A stretch of DNA of 64,000 bases from Callorhinchus milii (GCF_018977255.1 NW_024704742.1:51772001-51836000); one strand, 5' to 3'; numbered from the stretch's first letter, positions 11,723 to 25,717 are shown. The notes: generated by a model from the letters alone, not told the origin. A program made the numbers and translations.

Positions 11723-14700
11723 TCATTATTAGGGACTGTAAAATTTACCCCTATTTTATCTCTTACAATCTAATGGCTTTTAAATCAAGTTTGGTAAATC
11801 ACTTCTCTGATTTAGCTGCTCTACTCACCAATTATTTTCATCCTTATACCAAAAAGTTGTGATACCATTACAATGTCTAGTAAGTCTTAAAGAAATTATA
11901 TTTTTTCTTAGATAATAGGGTAGTTATCACGTTGTTTTGGTCACCCTGCAGTATGTATCTACATTGCAAGTCTCAGCCCTTCCCTGCGGCTTCTCCGTGT
12001 AAAAAAGATTAACCAGTGAGTGCCATGCTAACAAGGGGCTGGGTGGACATGGTCAAGGAAGCTGGTTTTGCATTTCATGTGAGAGATGAGGGAGGAGAGG
12101 GATAAGGGGCAGTCAAAAGTATGAAGGGTGATGGGAAAGGGAAGAAAGGATGGATGGACTGAAGAAGTAGATGCAGTGGAACAGATTATCTCAATTTTGC
12201 TTCCAGAGGTAGTACACATTATATATGTGAGAAGTCTTACGGCCCTGGGACCATCTACAGGAACAGAATTGCTTAGCTCAATTGCTCACCAGATAATCCA
12301 TCACCCCTTCGAATTTGATGTTGATCAGAGTAGCAGTCTGACACCATATCATACTCAACCACTTCCAAAACTACTGCCTCTCCCTCCCCTACTTAGTATC
12401 CATCAGGAGATTCCGGAGTGAAAGATGGAGAGAGATGGTGAGAAGGTGAGTTGGTGAGGTGAGAATCAAAGAGGCACAAAGTTGATTGGATTTAATGACG
12501 CTCTAAACATTGTTATGCAATTGAAGTAAGACTGAATTACCAGAAGTGGAAATACAGAATTTAGGCACTGGTTCATTTGCCGTCAAGAGCTCACCAGTAA
12601 ATGGATCAGCTGTAGGAAAAGGGAATTCATGCCCAACACATCATCAGGGCAGCCTTTAAACTAGTATCTTCAAAATATATTTGGTATTGTGTTAGAGATA
12701 ACACAAAGTACAAACTTCTAAAATGTACTTTTCAATTAGTTTTGAATCAAGCACTGTTTTAACAAGTTCATTTAATCTTTAAAGCTTCTTTTGGCTTTGC
12801 TCACTATAGATTTAGCCAATTGATTTGGAGTGAAATTGTCTCAATTTTGTTTTTAGTGTTAATATGCTTGTCTTATTCAGTGCCCAAATCTGATTGAATC
12901 AACTGCTTGAAGAAATTCAACTGTGCTTCTATCAATAATGAAAGTAAGTACTTTAGGCAATGCATCAAACTTTTTTTATGGGCACTGGATCAACTGGTAT
13001 GAGTTCAGGCTTGTAATTCGCTTCCTTTACTGGACCACAGGGTGTATTAATATTAAACTCCATGATCCAGCCTGAAGGAAAAGATAAAGTGATTATCGAA
13101 AAAAGGAAAAGCAAAACCACTGTCTAAACAGTCCTTTTCAATTTGGCTGATCAAAGAACCTCAAAGTGCCGCAGAATCTTTTATTTGAATTAAGTAGGTC
13201 ACGAGTTTCCAGTATGTTTATTCAATATGTGCTTACAGAGAATAAATGTCAGAGAGGAATGGTTTATGGGGGAGATGGGAATGGAAATCAACCATTGTAT
13301 CCTGAAAAGTATAGCTAGTAAGCAGAGTAGGAGTTTGTTACTTCTTAATATCCTGAATTGGTTTATTTTAGAGTTGTCCAACCTTTTGGCTACTGACGGC
13401 TGGATGCCAGATTTAAGAAATGCCTGAAGGTCGCATAAGCAATATTTTTGTGTTTCCTTTCCAGAATCATAACCCATAAGAATCATATAGAAATCCTATG
13501 TTTTAAATTGTATAACTGTATTACATAATTTCACTGTATTTTAGTTGCAATGCAAACTTTAAATAGGCAAAGTAAAAATTTATACATATTTTAAAATAAT
13601 ATATTTTTATGAATAAAGTGTATATATTATATATATGCAAGAATAATCATTAAATCTTTCGGGCACCATGTAACACTTCTCCTCTCAGGAATTTTCGACT
13701 TATTTCCTTGAGCGCTATGATACAAAATGGAACATCTCTGAGGTGGTTAAAAAAAANATTTGGGGGGCGAAGAGTAAAACTTAATAATTAGGGTATTTTC
13801 ACGTGCATCTTGAATGTGCAAAATTGTATGATTTCAAGCTTCACATTAAACCCAGGGCCTTTAATACTTTCACTGCGCCTGAAAAAATTGCGGAATCTCT
13901 GCCCCCCCTGGGGTGTAGACTGTGGAGTTTTCCCCGTAGATGAGCCTAAATATCCGTAGTCTGTGGGGAAAATCTGCAAAGTTGGCAAGTATGCAGAATC
14001 TTTGGTGTGTCGGATGAAATCATTCTCAGATAGGATGGAGCCCAAGGCTGGCAGTTGGATCACCTTGGTATCTTATTTTAAGTTTGCACTCTTAAAGCAA
14101 AATTGATCAGACTTTTATATTGCCGCTTTGTCTAATAACAGAGACCTGCAGACACATACAGGGACACACAGACATACACATAACACACAAAGAATTCTTA
14201 TATTAACAATAGTACTGATTGTCATTCTGGAACGTGGTTTGATCCAACAATACTGTACTAACAGCGCACTGTGAGGCTACTTCGAATCCTTTTTCATTTC
14301 AACAGCACAATGGTACTTATAAAATCCTGCTGAAATTCAGTACCAAAATCTAGTGTCAACGTATATGGAACTCTCAGTCTGATTTGGATACTCTTCAGCC
14401 GGTGATGAGTTTCCTTATGTATCAGACACCTGGCTGACCAAAAATAATTAAAATAAAGGCAACAGAACAGACCAAAGGAATTCCATCTTTATATCAATAA
14501 CAGAAAAACTAATAAGAAATAGATTAGGTGGGGGAGGGAAGGAATCGTGTTGAATACTTATGCCTGGTCTATATTAATGCCCTGCATATTATAACCAACC
14601 ATGAACTGGTCACATTTGCTCATGCCACTAAATATAGAGGCAGCAATGGAAATAGAAAAAATGATATAAGTTTAATTTATCATTATTAAATGTTATTTCT

Positions 14701-15329
14701 GTTATATAACATGTGAAATTAGCCAAAATGTGGCAAATAAAATTTAACACTCATTCAATGATAACAGTAAAATATTACACATAGCTAGAAAATAACGTAG
14801 GACAGAACCATACATTGGATGGAATCATTTCAGAATACAGAATTCAGAATACGTCATAATACGGAATAATAGTGTAAACACCACTTTGAATGTCTAGAAA
14901 ACAGTGTCAAAAAAGTGCTCTTGTGGCATAGCTAATAAAGGGCAACTAATAAAAGCGCATTGACAAACTTTTTTTAGGGAATCCGCTTTATATCAGCAGA
15001 GTTATGAGTCTTTGGTTTCAATGAGCTCTCAGGTCAAGGTCTCGGGATTCAGTGTAATATGCAATGATTTCCTTTCCCATATCTGAATGTATTGTCCTGG
15101 ACTGCCTCTAGGCCATGAGTTCCCATATGTTGCGCTGATTAGTACTTCCCCAACAAATACTGTCATTACACTTTACAGACAACTCTGTGGAGTACTTTAA
15201 GCCGTTCCAGCGCCTTGGGACATCCTGATGTGAAAATTTCCTGTTGTTGTAAAGTGGTAAGGCATTTTATCATATGCAAATCTTATTATTTAATTCATGT
15301 AATAATTCAAGTGTGGGCCAATTGAAAAT

Positions 15330-15720
15330 GAGAAAGGATGAGAAAAGGTCATTTAGTCTTTGATATTCATGGTTGAGGCACGGAATAAGATATATCCCGA
15401 GAGAAAATTCTGTCATAATGGGACTTTATCAAAATATATTGAATAATAATGGTGTAGATAGAGCAATTACTTCATTGTCTGCCAAGCGTGTAAGATCAAA
15501 AAATACAGAAACATGTGGAAAGTCAACTTAGAACAAATATCAGAAATATATCTTCAGGCAAAGTTATAAATGCTTGGAATCTACTATGCAAGGTAATATA
15601 AGATAAACATTAGAGCTATTCAATATACAATTAGATGTCATGATGGGAGTTAATGTACTGTAGTGATGAAGTTCGATGGGCACAAGGGTCTTTTTGTCAT
15701 TCAGAACTTTCTTAAATTCT
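15330..15720 (+). mobile_element. Highly decayed CR1 3' fragment
   Basis: Residual tcttcaggcaaagttataaatgcttggaatctactat and gatgggcacaagggtc resemble the CR1 3' end. Confidence 0.45.
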
Positions 15721-15864
15721 TAAACCTATTTAGTAATTCAGTGCTCATCACTCCACGTGGTAAATGGTTTTATACATTATAAGCTCCAGTTTTCAAACTT
15801 ATTTTGTACTTATCCCATTTCACATCAATCAGATTCTGTATCCTGACAAGTTCTACCACAATTT

Positions 15865-16121
15865 GAAGCAGTGGTATACTGTAAAGTGAATTGACTGTAT
15901 ATTTGTGGGCGAACGCGGCAGCCAATTGCACACAGCAATGTCCCACAAACAGTCATGGATTGAAAATGACCAATTTATTATTGTTTTTGGTTTTGGAGGG
16001 ATTATTATTAGGCTCTGTGTGGAGTAAGGAAACTTGCCCAAGGTTTCGCCCTCTGCCTGGAATTGAACTCAGGTCTCTCACTTGCAAAGCGAGTGCTCTA
16101 ACCACTGAGCTACAGGACTCC
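15865..16121 (-). mobile_element. tRNA-derived SINE (short subfamily), 3'-truncated
   Basis: Near-identical to 28920-29161; intact A box TAGCTCAGTGG and B box GTTCAATTCC on the minus strand. Confidence 0.9.
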
Positions 16122-16158
16122 ACGTTGGGTCAATGTGAGACACATTTAAGATTATATA

Positions 16159-16291
16159 CAGTCAAGCCCCCTGTTAACAACCATCCTGGAACAGCCTGGT
16201 TTTCACACCAACAAACCCTTACTCAGAGGCCACCCTTATATAAAGGCTACTTTGGCCACTCCCGAGAAGTTGTTGAAAACGGGTTTGATTG
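16159..16291. mobile_element. Tc1/mariner-pogo (Tigger-like) MITE
   Basis: TA|CAGTCAAGCCCCCTGTTAACAAC ... GTTGTTGAAAACGGGTTTGATTG|TA: imperfect TIRs starting CAGT with a TA target duplication. Confidence 0.7.
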
Positions 16292-17153
16292 TATTAATAA
16301 ATTGTTGAACATTATATTGCCTTAGTCCACACTAATTAATATTTTAAATAGTTGAGACTACCTTAATAAGATTGATTCACAATCAAAACACAGTAAGCTT
16401 TGTTGCAGAAACTAAATAAATGCTGTACAATATTGATGTATATTGTTGTTAAAAGAAACCTTCAGATTCTTTATTAGGACTGAATGTGAACTAGTTTCCC
16501 AGAGGGACTGGCTGAATCCTGTCGCATTTAACCTTGCCAATTGTAGTCAGTACTTTCAGCTTTGCCCCGTATGTAAAAGTGTGTCACACACAATAATATG
16601 CTTCACAGGTAGAGAGGAAACAAGTAAAGATATCACTTGGGAATTTCAGTATAAACAGTTAGCAGAGCCAGACTGCAGACAGTCACTGATCAGCAAATTG
16701 TTTTGTTTTGCATCCAACTGTTCAACTTTCTGAATATTTATTCAGTGGGTAACTTTCACCATTCTAATCAAATAAGAGCAAAATGCACATCCAAATTGCA
16801 TAAATCAGGGCTTCAATCTTTTCAAATCCATTAGCAATGAAATAAAAAAAAAGCCATTGAATAGGAGAACTGTGAAGGTTAATATGATACACAAAGATAT
16901 TTTTACTCAAATATAAGCACAACCATCAAAATGTAAGGAGACGTCTATATAATCCTGGGTTTTGTTAGTGTAATACCATAGTCCATAGTCTCCAATAGGA
17001 ATATGGCCTGCCTTTCCCTGGCACTCCATCGATAGGGCGCTTTCACTCATAAGAGGAAATCAGTCTGTAAAACTATTTTTGTCGTAATGTGTTTCTTCTG
17101 TATGCCTGGATTACCATCAAAATATATTCAGTGTATCCATGTTACATCTCTCT

Positions 17154-17627
17154 TAGAGGTTCTCAGACTATGGGGACACCTTCTTAGGGAGCTGTGGGCA
17201 TGTCAGGGAAACTGCCAGTTGCACACCTCCCAACAGTCCCCGGTTTCATGGTGTCCCAGCAAAGTCGCTCCCCCAACAATCAAACACCGTGACAACCTTT
17301 ACTGCTACAACAATCCCTGTGACAACGGTGAACTGACATAATCTATAATTGTTTGGGGTTATGATTTCCTAAAATGTTTGTGAAGTTTTATTTTAGCTTC
17401 TGCGATTTGTACTCTTTTTGAACAGTATCGTGAGATAAAATTTGTACTTTTGACACTCCTATTCTTATTTTGACTAAATTGATCAAAGCTCTTCTACTTT
17501 ATTACTCGTATTCTTACAAAGCATAGGATTTTCCTTTCTTTGTCTTGTCTTTGTAAACTATGGGGAGCCATGTGGAAGCACAATTGTTTTTTTTCTTAGG
17601 CTCACTATGACAGTTTGAGAACCTCTG
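17154..17627. mobile_element. hAT (Charlie-type) non-autonomous element
   Basis: 16-bp TIRs tagaggttctcagact / agtttgagaacctctg (14/16); right flank ctctcgat resembles the NTCTAGAN target; no clean 8-bp TSD on the left. Confidence 0.6.
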
Positions 17628-17699
17628 CTCTCGATCAACAAGTATTGACCAATCTTCCTTTGGGGTGGGGGAGAATGGACTTTTATTAGAGATGAGCTG

Positions 17700-17910
17700 A
17701 CTCCAAGGTGATGTGTTTGGCAACAGAATGTTCCGATCAAGTCAATCTTCTGTGGCATCTTGGTAGTCCGATTCCTGAGCCAGGCGAGTCTGCGGTACTC
17801 CAGGGCACTGCTGATAAACCCAGGCTGACTTATCAGCAGGACGTGGGGGGGCAAGTCCCTGGGAAAATCACTGGGAGCAGAGATTCTTCTCACTCAACTG
17901 CTGTTACTCC
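17700..17910. repeat. Unclassified dispersed repeat, copy 1
   Basis: Colinear similarity to 49938-50141. Confidence 0.75.
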
Positions 17911-19239
17911 AGCAAGCAAAACCCTAACTGGTGGGGTGGTCCTAGCTGAACATGCAGCGGGGATGTTTGCCAGAAAGTGCTTTCAATGGCAAGCTATGTG
18001 GGTTTAGTTAGTTAAATAGTAGCGAGACCTGAATGCACACTATGAGGTCCCCAAGACTTGGCTCTTACCAACATATACCTAATACTCCAAAACTAGGTAA
18101 GCAGGTTCTGTTTCTCCAGGGAGTGTATGTGTGTGCACTCCACTTTCAGACACAGGAAAATTTCCATGTTCAAGTTATTGTACACATGATCTACAAACTG
18201 ATGATGGGTTTCTACACGTGTCACATACCTCTCTGACCCAAAACAAATTTTGAATCTGAACATATTACGCATCACTAACATTTTTATGCAATAATAAAAA
18301 CAGGAAAATGTTAAATTTGTGAACAAGGATATTCCAGATAAAACAGAATCCTGAAATGTGTCACACAATTATGAACAAAATGTTCCTGTGTGCAGAATGG
18401 AGTGGCACTAAGCCACATCAAGCAGAAGGCTACAGAATTAACTTCTGGTCCAATCTGTGCTGAGTTACCAATTCCAGCAACCTGTTGGAAACTGTCCATG
18501 TGCGAAAACCAGGTGAGGTTTCAATTGGGCTCAGTTGCGAACTTCTTCCTCATTCATCGTTAAATAGCCTGTCAACACTCAGTGTTGAGGCTCACACACT
18601 AATCATGTTTACCTGAGAGTGAGAAACCACAAGGCAGTCAGCACCTATAGACCCACATCCTAGTAAAGGGCAAACTAAATTATTTAAATGCCTCCAGAAG
18701 AGGGGATGGAATGAAAAAATCTCAACTGTAGTGGAAATAATATTGAAACATTTGTATTTCAGATAATAAAAGTTAATCCCTCAGCTAGTTAGGTAATATT
18801 GTACATTGCATTAGTGCACAAATTAATGTACTGTGGTTGCACATTAATTTTTAAACACAGCACTGCTACCACCTGCTGTTGAAGCCCTGTACTGTATTTT
18901 GAACAAATATAAAATGGCACATGCTAAGGAAGTGACCTTGGTCTAAGAATATCCTGAATGTGCAGTCATAGGAATATCTGTGCAATTCTACTAGGATAGG
19001 GAAACAAAAACTATCGAGAGGGCCCAACCTGGAAGTGATGTCTGCCAAGGGTTAACCAAACACAAAAGTAGGTTTAATTCTTCACTTCACGTGTCCTGCC
19101 CTTCTTCACTTAGCATGCAAACAGCTGAGGTGCAGATTATCCTGAGCATCCTCCAGTGAGGAGCCTCTATAGTACAACCTTTTCAAATAAAACAAATTTC
19201 CAGTCCATACACAAACTAGCTGAGCTGCACCTCACTGTA

Positions 19240-20230
19240 AACAAACAACAACAACAACGGGTACTGTTTTGAGGAGAGAGGTCAGAGAGACAGGGGGATG
19301 CAGAGGAGTGGAGGGATTTGAATACAAGGGTGAGGATCTTGAAATCGATCCTCTCTGGGATAGGCAGCCAATGCAGTCTGGCAAGGACTGGGGTGATCGG
19401 GGAACGTAGTTTGGTGTGGGTGAGAATGCGGGTGGCAGAGTTTTGAATGATTTGGATTTTATGGATGGTGGTGGATGGAAGACCGGCGAGGAGGGCGTTA
19501 GAGTAGTCCAGCCGAGAGGTGACAAAGGCATGGACTAGGGTTTCAGCAGCTTTCGGAGAGAGGTATTGGTGGAGACGGGCGATGCGTCTGAGGTGGAAGA
19601 AAGCGGTGCTGGTGAGGCACCAGATGTGGGGGAGGAAGGACAATTGGGGGTCGAACCTAATGCCAAGGTTGCGTACGGGTTTGGAGAGTTTTAGGGGGAA
19701 GTCAGGTAGGTGAAGGAGGTGAGAGCCGTGAGATTTTAGATGTTGACGAGAGCCAAAGAGTATGGCTTCCGTCTTGTCAACGTTCAGTTGAAGGAAATTT
19801 GCGCTCATCCAGCCCCTCAGATCTGACATTGCAGGCTGACAGAATATCAGGGGACTGGGGGTCGCAAAGAGAGGTGGAAAGAGAGGAGAGGGACTGGTTG
19901 ATGACGTCAGCCAGTAGTGGGCAGAGGAGGGGGAGCTGGGTGGGGAGGGGGTCGAGGCAGCAGGTGGTGGGTTTCATGGAGGTGATGGTGGGTGAGAGGG
20001 AGGAGGGAGAGATGGGGAGGAAGGAATGTAGGATGGGAGTGGTGGTAGGAGCAGATGATGGTGAGAGGGACAGAGAGGGCACGGTGGTGGGTGACAAGAG
20101 GCAGTTGGATGAGGTAGCCTGGTGGATTTTGTAAATTTTAGACGAGAAGAAGTCCATGATCTCCTCGCACTTGGCATTGGATATGAAGATTGAGGAGGCC
20201 TGAGGTGGGGCACGGAGGCGGTAGTGGGTG
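19240..20230 (-). mobile_element. L2 LINE with internal deletions
   Basis: ORF 19167..19829 encodes WMSANFLQLNVDKTE, VRNLG, SRLDYSN and LHWLP; pre-RT motifs (MDFFSSKI, TCCLDPLP) lie upstream; (caa)n tail at ~19240-19258. Confidence 0.9.
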
Positions 20231-21131
20231 GTGGAAAAAAAGGACTTTTGGGGTTGTGTTTAGCCTCCAATGCCGTTCCTCAGGATTCAGGTTCATAATA
20301 CAGAGCTGCCTATATTTAAATTGCCACACTACCTCAGAAATGGCTGACTGGTGGGAATGGGGAATATTTTACTAGTGCAGCAGAGCCTGCTTTCACAAGA
20401 TTAGTTTAGATGAAGAAGGCCCTTTAGCCCATTATATCATCTTCTAGAAACTAACCTGATGGTTGTCCTACCACAGCAACAAGCTGTGTTGAAGTTACAG
20501 TATACTGTGTAGAATCAGAAGATGCTTGACTCTGCATCCAACTAGTTTGGTGGGGAAGGAGGGGAAGGAAGAGGAGGAAGATATGGTAAATTGTTCTGTT
20601 TCCCAACACTGAAATGGTTCACAGATTAAATGTTACATTTGCTTTAGTCACACCAACATAAGCATGTATTTAAGTAGTCATTAATCCCATGTGTTGCGTG
20701 ACAAAATCAAATTATGCATCCCAAAGCAAAACAATTTATTAATGCAATACAGTGGGTGTTGCTGATTCAAAACACTTCACCAGATTGGCAGGATGCAGTT
20801 CACATCTGCATTTGCCTGGATGGCCAGACCTTGATCTCACTGGAGCAACTAAGAGAAGGGCAGGACATTCCTATAAAGACAGAAGTGGAAATTGGAGATT
20901 GAATGCTGTGAGAAACTTTTATGCATCTCCTAGTGGCAGGATTGAGAGAGGCACTGGCAGAGGCTGAGCAACTTTGACAGAACAATGAAGAAGGGAGATG
21001 AACTGAAATTATAAAGGGCAATAAAACTAAACAAAGCTTTAACAATACAAAAACAGATATTCTGACTGGTCACAATAATGGGAATTATGATGCTTAGAGG
21101 ATGTAACAGTATCCAGATTGTCCACATTAAT

Positions 21132-21499
21132 ATAATAATAATTCTTGCATTTGATATAGCCCCTTACCCCGTCATCGAGACAGCTCAAAGTGCTTCACAG
21201 AATATATTGTAAAATTAAACGACTGTATATTTTGTAGGCAAAACGAAGTAGCCAATTTCCCACAGCAATGTCCCACAAACAGTCGTGGATTGAGTGACCA
21301 AGTTATTATTTTTTTAAGGGATTATTACCCCAGAAAAGTGATCTACCAATCGACTAACAACCGGGTTCCTACTTAATGTTAGGAAACCAGAGGCGTGTGG
21401 AGTAAGGAAACTAGCCCAATGTTTCGCCCTGCCCGGGAATTGAACCCAGGTCGTGTAGCTTGTGAGGCGAGTGCTCTAACCACTAAGCTACAGGACTCC
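21132..21499 (-). mobile_element. Complete tRNA-derived SINE (long subfamily)
   Basis: tRNA-like head, extra segment shared with 546-741, Deu core and (att)n tail. Confidence 0.9.
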
Positions 21500-22248
21500 A
21501 CATAATATACATAAATTAACAAAGCTTTGACAATGTTAGTTCTTTTATTTATGAGTAATAGTGTTATCATCCAAAAGAAGCTCAGGGAAACAATCTGCAG
21601 TACCAGACATTTGCGTATACAATGCTGCATAAACAGGAAATGGCATGATTATAATTAGTCAGCCAGTACAAAAATTCCTTCTTCAAAAAAATCTAACCAA
21701 GTAGCCCATAAAAAGAAACCATTACTTAAGTAGCACCAGATCCTTTAACCAGATGGGTAATTAATAGCATTTCTATTGATCTAAAGCCAATATTTTCATG
21801 ACAAATAACTTTAGTACTTCCCATTGATAAATGTCTCGCAATCCATTTGTACTTGTCACCTATACAACATGGGTTCTGCAGGCTCCCGGTGCTTCCAACA
21901 CGCACAGGTCACTGAGCAGACATTTAACACAAAACCAATAAAAGCGTCTTTTAAAAAAAGTGCGTATAGAGGGTTTGATGGGGGTAAATATTACTCTTTT
22001 ATCTGAACCTTTAAATTTAAATAGTCAGCAGAATGTAAAACAATGTGTCACAGTTACCAAAACAAAATGGTTGTACACTCCAGTGCTTACAGTAAAAGTA
22101 GTAGATTGTAATTTGTTTTCATTTAATTGAAGGTCTATTACAAACAAACATGAACTACAATACACACATGAACAAAGAAGTTTCAGCTCGTGTGTCCAGC
22201 ACCACTGCACTTTGTTTATGAGCTGATGAATGCAGAAATTTACTCTTT

Positions 22249-22267
22249 TTGACAGTAGATGGCGCTA
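22249..22267 (+). promoter_or_regulatory. CTCF motif candidate
   Basis: TTGACAGTAGATGGCGCTA matches the CCASYAGRKGGCRS consensus except the first C. Confidence 0.55.
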
Positions 22268-23689
22268 TAGTCTAAGCCACTGATAGTGGATACTGACCTT
22301 CACCTCTGAAGAATGGATTGCAGTCCAGTCCCAAAAGATAGAAGATAACCTCTATACCCGACAGCTGTGAAGGATCACAAGTAAGATGAGTTCTGGCAGA
22401 CTCAATGCACTTCACAGTGAGTTAGAGCTGCACTGTTCAGATGGTTAGAGGTTCTCACAGTGACCTTTGGCTCCTATCATACTCCACGTAGAGCAGGAAT
22501 GCTTTAGACATGTCCAGAAAAGGAATAATATTCAGTCTGTAGCATTTGTTAGTCCTCACAGAATTAAAACCCCAAGTATCCTCAAAGGTGACTAAATCGG
22601 GATGATCGAGAGATGTATTTTATTTCTGATTACCTGACAGTACTGTGAACAAACTTAACAATACTATATAACACTAATATCAGAATATAAGCCTCTCATA
22701 CTTAATGTCACTTTTAATAGTTACTATCAGGAATCTGAATTTAATTATTAGTAACAGAACATGAAAACAAAAATCAGCTGATGAAACTGATCATCCCCAA
22801 AGGATTTTGCTGGTACATATTGTATTTAATAACTGACCAAATGAAGATAACACAAGGTCCAAGCACAAATCTAAGTAAGAAACAGCTTGTAGTGTTGACA
22901 AAGTAGATTTTGAGTTTTCTTTTAAAATAGCTTCAAGTCCATTTCCCTCCCAAATTTAATATTTTTCAGATTTTTGGTATTCTCGAAAATGAAACATAAA
23001 ATGCAACTTGAATACCAAGGGAAAAACTATATCAAATACAAGGATTGAAAACTAAGACATTCACTAATTTGCAACTAGTTTATAAAATCCATCACAGCTA
23101 GCTGCTCCAAACCGTACAGCTTTCTATCAGGAAGTGATTTTTTTATAGCTGAAGCCAAGTTTTGCCTCATGCTAATAAATGCACAGGAGCATCAAGTCCT
23201 GCTTTATGGAGAGACCCAGATGTCCGTCTTTTCTAAAGGTCATAGATCAAACACAAAGAGCAGAGGGAAGCTCTGACACAAAGTAATTGATGATATAGAT
23301 TTAGAGTAACTGCTCATCACATAGAAAGGAATGAGGCTAAGATGTAAGGAAACTAGCTTAGTATAAAGGATATACAAACGAGTTTTACCCTCATTTATTT
23401 GCCAGAATTTGGAGGGATTTTATTTGATTCTTTAATAAATAGCCATGATATTTGTTGCTAAATAGTTCACTGTATCTAGTGCTTTCACACAGCAACTATT
23501 ATGTTGACCAGTCACATAATAGAATTTCATTTTACAGTATTTATTAAGTCAGGGCTTTCAAAGGATCTAAAGTGTTTGTTTAATAAATAGTGGCTACAGA
23601 ATTTCCAGGCAATTTTCCCTTCACAAGCTGCAGACTACCCAGAACTCTGTAACATGTGCCCTTTCCAGCACTAGCTCTGTGAACATAGC

Positions 23690-23805
23690 ATTCCCATCCT
23701 CAAGCAGCTCCACTGGCATCCCCTAGCAGATCGAGTTCAAGATCCTCACCCTCACCTTTAAATCCCTCCAAGGTCTTGCCCCACCCTACCTTTGTAGCCT
23801 CCTAA
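23690..23805 (+). mobile_element. Short L2 fragment
   Basis: ctccactggc...gagttcaagatcctcaccctcacctttaaatccctcc. Confidence 0.7.
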
Positions 23806-24005
23806 AATTCAATGAATTTTGATTTTTAGTGGTATTATAATGCTTGAGCAAAGCACAAATGCCTTTCTTATCAGATTAATGGTTTGTAACCACTCTCAGG
23901 TATCTACATGTAATTTTAGAATTAATATTTTTTGTTTAAAGAGCTGTTTAAAATGATAGCTCCAATAATTGGTCCAGAATTCCTCCTTTTGAACCAAATA
24001 GTCCA

Positions 24006-24024
24006 CTGCGCCACCCAGTGGCCA
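24006..24024 (-). promoter_or_regulatory. CTCF motif candidate
   Basis: Minus strand TGGCCACTGGGTGGCGCAG, one mismatch to the core consensus. Confidence 0.4.
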
Positions 24025-25717
24025 AGCTGAAGCATGGCACTTTGGAGGGCAGAATTCGGCCACAACCAGTAAAATATTCCATTAATTCTCTGCATTAACA
24101 TTAGTAATAGGAAATAAACATGCACATTTTGGGAGTTGAATAGTTAACCAAAACAGATAAAAGTGTAAAAGAAAATGCTATGTGGTTCTAGCTGGTTAAA
24201 CTCCACAAGCACTTCAAAGCACAACAAATGTTTGATTTCATGGGTAAATTCCACCGAAGAACATTTTTGATGGCAATTTTGGTTTTGTAAAACTGCATTT
24301 GCCTCAATAATTGCAACAAGCAGCACAAAAGTCAATGATAGCACAACAAAGCCTTCTGATCTTTTGTTTACACCTGCACTTTTTGTCAACGAATTAGGGT
24401 AAAATAGGGTGATTACTTTACAGGGGTATCTAAGTTATTCAAAGTGGCACTACCAAGTCAAGCTTCAATCACTAAATGTAATTCTATAAACTCTCAACCA
24501 TTCTTATTCTAATTACAGTAATAACTGGGTGGTTAGCTGTTTCAATAGCAATTGGTAACTAAGAGACATGTATGACATATATGCTTACGATATCATTCTA
24601 AAAGTCATTTGATCTTATTCCTTTTCTCCATGCATTTTTCTTTTTTACTATAAGTTGTACACTTATAGTTTATCACAGACAGGTATTATATATGGAGTTC
24701 TTCAGTAGGTATCTATGTATAATCTATAGTTGTTCAAAGTTCAGAGGTTACTTTGGTTTTCCTAAAGCTATACATTTCAATTACTTTTATTAGTCTATTA
24801 ATTAAATAAAAGTAAGGAATTTTCTATTGAGTGCCACTATTACTGTCCAGTACTACATTTTCAAAAACTCATGACCCAGTCCATCATTGAATTCATTGCT
24901 ACCTCTTGCTGAGTGTCTAACCAGAGACTGGCTCATTTTATCATTTCTTGGTCACTGATAACTTACAACTTCGGTAATAGGTCTTAACATCAATAAAATG
25001 AGCAAAATATCTCAATCGTTACCATCTGAATGTCAGTTAAGAAAGTATAGCCATCTAACTGTTAAACAAATGAGTGAACATGCTGAGAACAATTAACCAG
25101 CACTTGGTACTTGGGAGGGAAATAGAGAAGTCGAGAGTGAACCAGTCAGGAACTGAAATCAAAATGTTTAGATCAATTCAATAGTGTGTTGGACACTGTA
25201 GCACAGATTTGTCACTAGAAAATTGCTGGAAGTGTGTTACCTGGATCTAGTACTTCAACATTGATACTAATCTGTGTGTTATATATTTTTCCAATAAGGT
25301 ATCTGAACCCCGAATTAGCAGGTCCTCCTTGTTAACCGCTGATTTTTTTCAACCTGTTTGATGTATCCGTAATTCTATGTGTTTTGCAAGTTTAACTAAA
25401 CATATACCTTTGTAAGGGCTCCCTTTCTTTGCAGGTTCATTGATGCAGACAATCACGACTACTATATCAAATGGAAGGATGATTCTTATTATTATCTGCA
25501 TTGAGATAACCCAGTGGTAAAGGTGCTCTATTTGATCTCATTGAGTTAGGGACGAGATAAATAGATCAGGCAGAAGAAGCAACATTGCGAATGTGATAAT
25601 GTTTTCAGTGGCTCAATTAAGCACAAGGTATTATTACAGGCATCGGTGGACAGCTTTATTTGGTCCCAACATCATTCACTGCTGAGAGGTTGGACAGGAG
25701 ACAGTCTCACGTTGAAG

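Noticed and set aside
13790..13993. hAT element ending in agttggcaagtatg
   Set aside because: Only one TIR-like end found; an ambiguous base (N at 13757) lies nearby
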